Positions 59,739 through 64,000 of a stretch of 64,000 nucleotides of DNA are shown here, piece by piece. The stretch's first letter is position 1. The number at the start of each line of letters is the position of its first letter. Below the pieces are notes generated by a model. That model saw only the letters and a list, made by a program, of their open reading frames with translations, was not told the origin of the DNA and did not search any database. The DNA is taken from positions 4,297 to 68,296 of the forward strand of contig SXSI01000050.1 in assembly GCA_005792285.1 (NCBI GenBank), read 5' to 3'. Source of the DNA: Bacteroidota bacterium (lineage in GTDB: Bacteria; Bacteroidota; Ignavibacteria; UBA10030; UBA8401). The translations under genes were made by a program, and so were the position numbers.

Positions 59739-60887
59739 ATGAAAAAATTAGTTTTACTATTTATTATTTCAGTCAAGTTGCTTTCTGCACAATGGATTAC
59801 CGATAAGGAGTTAGATCAAATAACTTCAAAAGGGATTAAGCATGTTTATAATCTGGAATTCTCTAAAGCAGAAATTATCTTCCAAGAAATAATTAACAAA
59901 TATCCAAACCATCCTTCCGGATATTTTTTTGATGCAATGATCGATTGGTGGAAAATGATTTTAAGTATTGATGATAAAACTTACGATAAAGAATTTGTTG
60001 CGAAATTAAATAAAGTAATCGAAATGTGCGACATCCAGTTGAAAAAAAATCCTGATGAATTAACAGCAATGTTTTTTAAAGGAGGAGCTCTTGGTTATCG
60101 AGGACGACTTCGTGTAAATCGCAAAGAATGGTTTTCCGCAGCAAACGATGGAAGAATTGCATTACCAATTGTTCAACATGCATTTAAAGTATCACCAAAA
60201 AATGAAGACATTTTACTCGGTATTGGAATTTACAATTATTATGCCGCAGTAATTCCTGATCAATATCCAATTGTAAAACCAATTATGTTACTTTTTCCAA
60301 AAGGAAATAGAGAAAAGGGGATTGAGATGTTGGAAGTAGCTTCGCGAAAAGCTAAATATGCAAAGTACGAATCGAAATATTTTTTGATGCAACTTCATTA
60401 TCAATTCGAAAAAGATTATCGAACTTCATTGAAAATTGCACAAGAATTATCAAATGAATTTCCAAACAATGCACAATTTAAAAGATACATTGGTCGAAAT
60501 CAGGTTTCGTTGGGTCAATGGGATAATTTTTTTCAAACATATACTGAATTAATAATTAACTCCGAGACAATAAAAGAACTTCCTGAACAATCTAGAATTG
60601 TAATTCAACGTGAAGCAAATTATTATTTGGGAATTTATTGGATGGAACTTCATGATTGGAATAATAGTTTAAAACATTTTTATAAATGCGATGAGCTATC
60701 TCGCTCACTTGATAAAGATGGCTCATCAGGATTTATGGCTTTGTCGAATTTAAAAATAGGAATTATCTATGATAGACAATTGAAGAGAAACTTAGCAATT
60801 AATCAATATAAAAAAGTTTTAAAATTACCAGATTTTGAAAATTCACAAAACAAAGCAGAGCAATATATTCGTATTCCGAATTTATAA
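59739..60887 (+). CDS. exported TPR-repeat protein
   Basis: signal peptide; helical repeats GIKHVYNLEF..AE..F, LGIGIYNY, YYLGIY, LKIGIIYD. Confidence 0.7.
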   Translation: MKKLVLLFIISVKLLSAQWITDKELDQITSKGIKHVYNLEFSKAEIIFQEIINKYPNHPSGYFFDAMIDWWKMILSIDDKTYDKEFVAKLNKVIEMCDIQLKKNPDELTAMFFKGGALGYRGRLRVNRKEWFSAANDGRIALPIVQHAFKVSPKNEDILLGIGIYNYYAAVIPDQYPIVKPIMLLFPKGNREKGIEMLEVASRKAKYAKYESKYFLMQLHYQFEKDYRTSLKIAQELSNEFPNNAQFKRYIGRNQVSLGQWDNFFQTYTELIINSETIKELPEQSRIVIQREANYYLGIYWMELHDWNNSLKHFYKCDELSRSLDKDGSSGFMALSNLKIGIIYDRQLKRNLAINQYKKVLKLPDFENSQNKAEQYIRIPNL

Positions 60888-60904
60888 TTCTTATTTTTAA
60901 ACAA

Positions 60905-61666
60905 ATGGCAAATATATTCTTGATTATTTTATTAGGTGTTGTAGCTACCGGCTCAGAAATTCTTGGTGGTTGGTTAGTTGTAAAAAATAAAAAGTGGTTT
61001 CAACTTTCGCACGAATATTTATTGGCACTTGGAGCTGGATTTTTACTCGCGTTAGTTATTACAGAATTAATTCCAATTAGTTTTCAGGAAATAAAATCTG
61101 TTGATACTGCACTTTGGATATTAATCGGTTTTAGCACAATGCATTTTGTTGAACATACTTTAGTTGGACATTTTCATTTTGGGGAGGAAACTCATCACGA
61201 TAAATTAGCTATTTCAAAAATTGTCGGACTATCAACTTCGACAGGTTTATTTATGCATGCTTTTTTTGATGGATTTATTATTTCTTCCGCATTGCAATTT
61301 AATTTATCAATTGGGTTAACTGTCTTTCTTGGTATTATTCTTCATAAATTTCCAGAAGGATTAACCGTTGCAACAATTATGAGGAAGGTATCAGACTCAG
61401 ATAATCTTATAATGAAAACAGTTGTTTTCGTTTCATCAGGTACAATGTTGGGAATTTTAGTTGCCTTTTTGATTTCATCGCTCGATTTAACTTATATCGG
61501 TTATATTTTTGCATTTTCTGCAGGGACGGCACTTTACATTGGTGGAAGTGATTTAATTCCGGAAATTAATAAATCTGAAAATAGAATTATGCCAGTGATA
61601 GTATTTGTCGGAATGTTGGTTTTTTATATTAGTAAAATGTTGATTGAAATTGGGTTACAAAATTAA
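60905..61666 (+). CDS. ZIP family metal transporter
   Basis: LALGAGFLL, His-rich loop HFHFGEETHHD, HAFFDG, HKFPEG, SDLIPE. Confidence 0.92.
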   Translation: MANIFLIILLGVVATGSEILGGWLVVKNKKWFQLSHEYLLALGAGFLLALVITELIPISFQEIKSVDTALWILIGFSTMHFVEHTLVGHFHFGEETHHDKLAISKIVGLSTSTGLFMHAFFDGFIISSALQFNLSIGLTVFLGIILHKFPEGLTVATIMRKVSDSDNLIMKTVVFVSSGTMLGILVAFLISSLDLTYIGYIFAFSAGTALYIGGSDLIPEINKSENRIMPVIVFVGMLVFYISKMLIEIGLQN

Positions 61667-62589
61667 AAACTATAACCAACATTAATTCTACTTACTTCAC
61701 CAATTTTCCCAAGAGAAGAATAAGAATAATCAATAGTGTAATTTTCTTTTACGATTCCACCGCCAAAAGAAAATCCTGCCATATCAGACGACGTTCCTAA
61801 TTTCATATCTTTTCTTTTTTCATTATTGTAACCAAATCTTAATCTCATAGATTCAGAAATTGTAAATTCGCCACCAATTGTAAAGTAACGAAGTCGATCT
61901 GAAATAATATTTTGTTGAACATTAATTTTATGGAAGTTCAAATTTATATCTAATGGTAAATGTTCAGGTTTAAGAGTAATTCCAATTTTAACATCCAACG
62001 GAAGATCTTCTTCTGTAGTATTGTACGAATTAATTTGTTTTCCTAAATGTTGAATGCTTGCTCCAATTGAAAGTGGATTATTCCCGGGAATGAAATAATA
62101 AATTCCCGCATCTAACGCAAGTGCATTTGATGAGTAGTTTGAAATTGCACTGTAAATTAATTTAGACGAAACGCCGATAGAAATATTTTCATCATAATTA
62201 AAAGCGTAACTGGTAATTAAAACAAGATCGCTGACAGAAAAAGTTCCAAGCTCATTATTATATTCATCCTTCTCAATAAAATCTCCATAAGAATTGTAAA
62301 TAAGTCCGACACCTAATTTACTTGTTGAATCGAATACCGTGCTATATGAAAAATAAGTTGTTTTATATTGCGATAAGAAAGTCATATATCCCAAAGAAAA
62401 TTTTTCTTGATTAATTGTTGAAAGAAGTGCTGGATTATAAAAAATTCCGTTCGGATCATTTTTCATTGAAACAAAACTTCCACCCATTGCTGCTGCTCTC
62501 GCACTAACATCGTTACGTAAAAATAAATAAGTTGGCGAATCTGCAAAAGATTGAAAAGTAAAAATTATTAGAGTTATAAGAAATTTCAT
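61663..62589 (-). CDS. PorV/PorQ-family outer-membrane beta-barrel (T9SS-associated family)
   Basis: FLRNDVSARAAAMGG...IFYNPALL, ALDAG, LRFGYN, C-terminal INVGYSF. Confidence 0.8.
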   Translation of the reverse strand: MKFLITLIIFTFQSFADSPTYLFLRNDVSARAAAMGGSFVSMKNDPNGIFYNPALLSTINQEKFSLGYMTFLSQYKTTYFSYSTVFDSTSKLGVGLIYNSYGDFIEKDEYNNELGTFSVSDLVLITSYAFNYDENISIGVSSKLIYSAISNYSSNALALDAGIYYFIPGNNPLSIGASIQHLGKQINSYNTTEEDLPLDVKIGITLKPEHLPLDINLNFHKINVQQNIISDRLRYFTIGGEFTISESMRLRFGYNNEKRKDMKLGTSSDMAGFSFGGGIVKENYTIDYSYSSLGKIGEVSRINVGYSF

Positions 62590-62667
62590 CTAAAAATCTA
62601 TTAAAAGAGAAGTCGAAAAGCAAAGTTTTACTTCAATATCTAATGCTTTATCGTTAGTTTATGTGAA

Positions 62668-64000
62668 ATGAAGTATAATTTTTACTTAATTCTTCTTTTA
62701 TTTATTGGTTGCGCTGGTCAAATGCCTCCCGATGGTGGTGAATTTGATCTTGAGCCACCCAAAATTATTACCACTTCACTTCCAAATAATAGCACAAATT
62801 TTAAAAACGGTGAAATAATTTTCGGCTTTTCAGAATATGTTGATAAGAGATCGGTTGAAGAATCAATTTTTATTTCTCCACCGATTGGTGAAATTGAATT
62901 TGATTGGAGCGATTATGAAGTGACACTTAAATTTTCTGAAATTCTTCGATCAAATACAACATATTCAATTTCATTTGGGACAGATATTGTTGATCTCAAT
63001 AATCGGAATAGAATGAGCGAGTCTTTTAATTATTCTTTTTCCACTGGAAACAATATTGATCGAGGAATAGTTTCCGGAAGAGTGTTTGATATAAAACCAG
63101 ATGGTGTACTTATTGGTGCGTATCTTTTAAAAAATTCAAACGATACAATTAATCCAGCAAATAAAATTCCAGATTATATTACTCAAACAGGGAAAAATGG
63201 TAATTACCAATTTCTAAATTTAGTTCCTGGATTGTACAGAATATTTGCATTTCGTGATGAATTTAGAAATTTGAAATATGATGTCGAGGTTGATGCTATT
63301 GGAATTCCTTCAAAAGATATTATTATTTCTAAAGTTGATTCAACTGAAACCCAATTTAATTTTAAACTGGAAGTTGAAGATATATCTTCGCCAAGATTAA
63401 TCTCAGCAAAAATTCTTGATGAAAACAGAATTACATTTCTTTTTTCAGAACCAATAAAAAGTTCATCACTGAAATTAGAAAATATTATTTTAACCGATAC
63501 AATTACGCTTCAACAAAAAAAACTACAAGGAATAATATTAACCTCCGATGAAATTAAAGATGGAATTATTATTACAGAAAAACTATCAACGTCAAATATA
63601 ATATTGGAAGTTTTAAATGTTGAAGATTTAAGCAATAACAAAATAAAAAGATCAAATGGAAAAGTTCGAGTAACAGGAGAAATACCTAAAAATAAAATAA
63701 AACCAAATCTTATTTATTCCTCATTAAGCGATACACTTTATTTGCAGCAGTTAAATCCACAAATTAAATTTACATTTAATGAACTAATTGGTACTGATTC
63801 AGTTAAAATAAAAGGGAAAATGCTGAGTTTTGATAGCATTAATGTACCGATTATGTTAAATATTATAGGGGGTAGTATTAATCTAAAACCAAGCGTAACT
63901 CTAAATCCAAATTCAGTTTATTTTTTGAATCTTACGAATGATTCTACTTACAAATACAAATTTTATACAATTGATCCCGAAAATGTTGGAAGTATAATTG
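62668..64000 (+). CDS. Ig-like (Big_5-type) domain lipoprotein, 3'-truncated by the window edge (missing from the ORF track)
   Basis: MKYNFYLILLLFIGC lipobox, CAGQMPPDGG..D..PP, FSEYV, Y.FSTG..ID.G...G.V; frame open to the window end. Confidence 0.85.
   Translation, partial: MKYNFYLILLLFIGCAGQMPPDGGEFDLEPPKIITTSLPNNSTNFKNGEIIFGFSEYVDKRSVEESIFISPPIGEIEFDWSDYEVTLKFSEILRSNTTYSISFGTDIVDLNNRNRMSESFNYSFSTGNNIDRGIVSGRVFDIKPDGVLIGAYLLKNSNDTINPANKIPDYITQTGKNGNYQFLNLVPGLYRIFAFRDEFRNLKYDVEVDAIGIPSKDIIISKVDSTETQFNFKLEVEDISSPRLISAKILDENRITFLFSEPIKSSSLKLENIILTDTITLQQKKLQGIILTSDEIKDGIIITEKLSTSNIILEVLNVEDLSNNKIKRSNGKVRVTGEIPKNKIKPNLIYSSLSDTLYLQQLNPQIKFTFNELIGTDSVKIKGKMLSFDSINVPIMLNIIGGSINLKPSVTLNPNSVYFLNLTNDSTYKYKFYTIDPENVGSII

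Overview
AT-rich, very gene-dense bacterial chromosome segment, most likely from the FCB group (Ignavibacteria/Chlorobi/Bacteroidota-like). The evidence is the PorV/PorQ-type barrel, DUF3109- and DUF3467-like genes, a bS22-like peptide and TTG-N19/20-TAnnTTTG promoters. It is mostly housekeeping: nagZ-amiE fusion, pruA, pckA, sucC, gatB, tpiA, smc, lpxB/lpxK, queA, ispD, plsY, gpsA, recG, dnaG, icd, rpoN, dprA, glmM, sppA, HU, rmlA, glyQS. Two regions stand out. (1) 26.8-30.7 kb is an operon with its own promoter encoding two non-canonical Ddl-type ATP-grasp ligases, a short GNAT acetyltransferase and a lysine-type KamA 2,3-aminomutase. It is a candidate pathway for an acetylated beta-lysine peptide metabolite. 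(2) 47.6-54.5 kb is a compact aroB-aroA-aroK-aroE-aroD-aroC-chorismate mutase-tyrA operon wedged between convergent tRNA-Gly and tRNA-Val. It is preceded by an unannotated Tyr-rich leader peptide (MKTYKNYFYYYYSLQLWRSAIG) with mutually exclusive antiterminator and terminator pairings, and appears to be transcribed from the tRNA-Val promoter. The ORF track also misses a bS22-like 31-aa gene, a probable CTG-start extension of the CPBP gene and a 3'-truncated Ig-like lipoprotein. I saw no integrase, transposase or CRISPR array. All family assignments come from motif recognition, not database searches.
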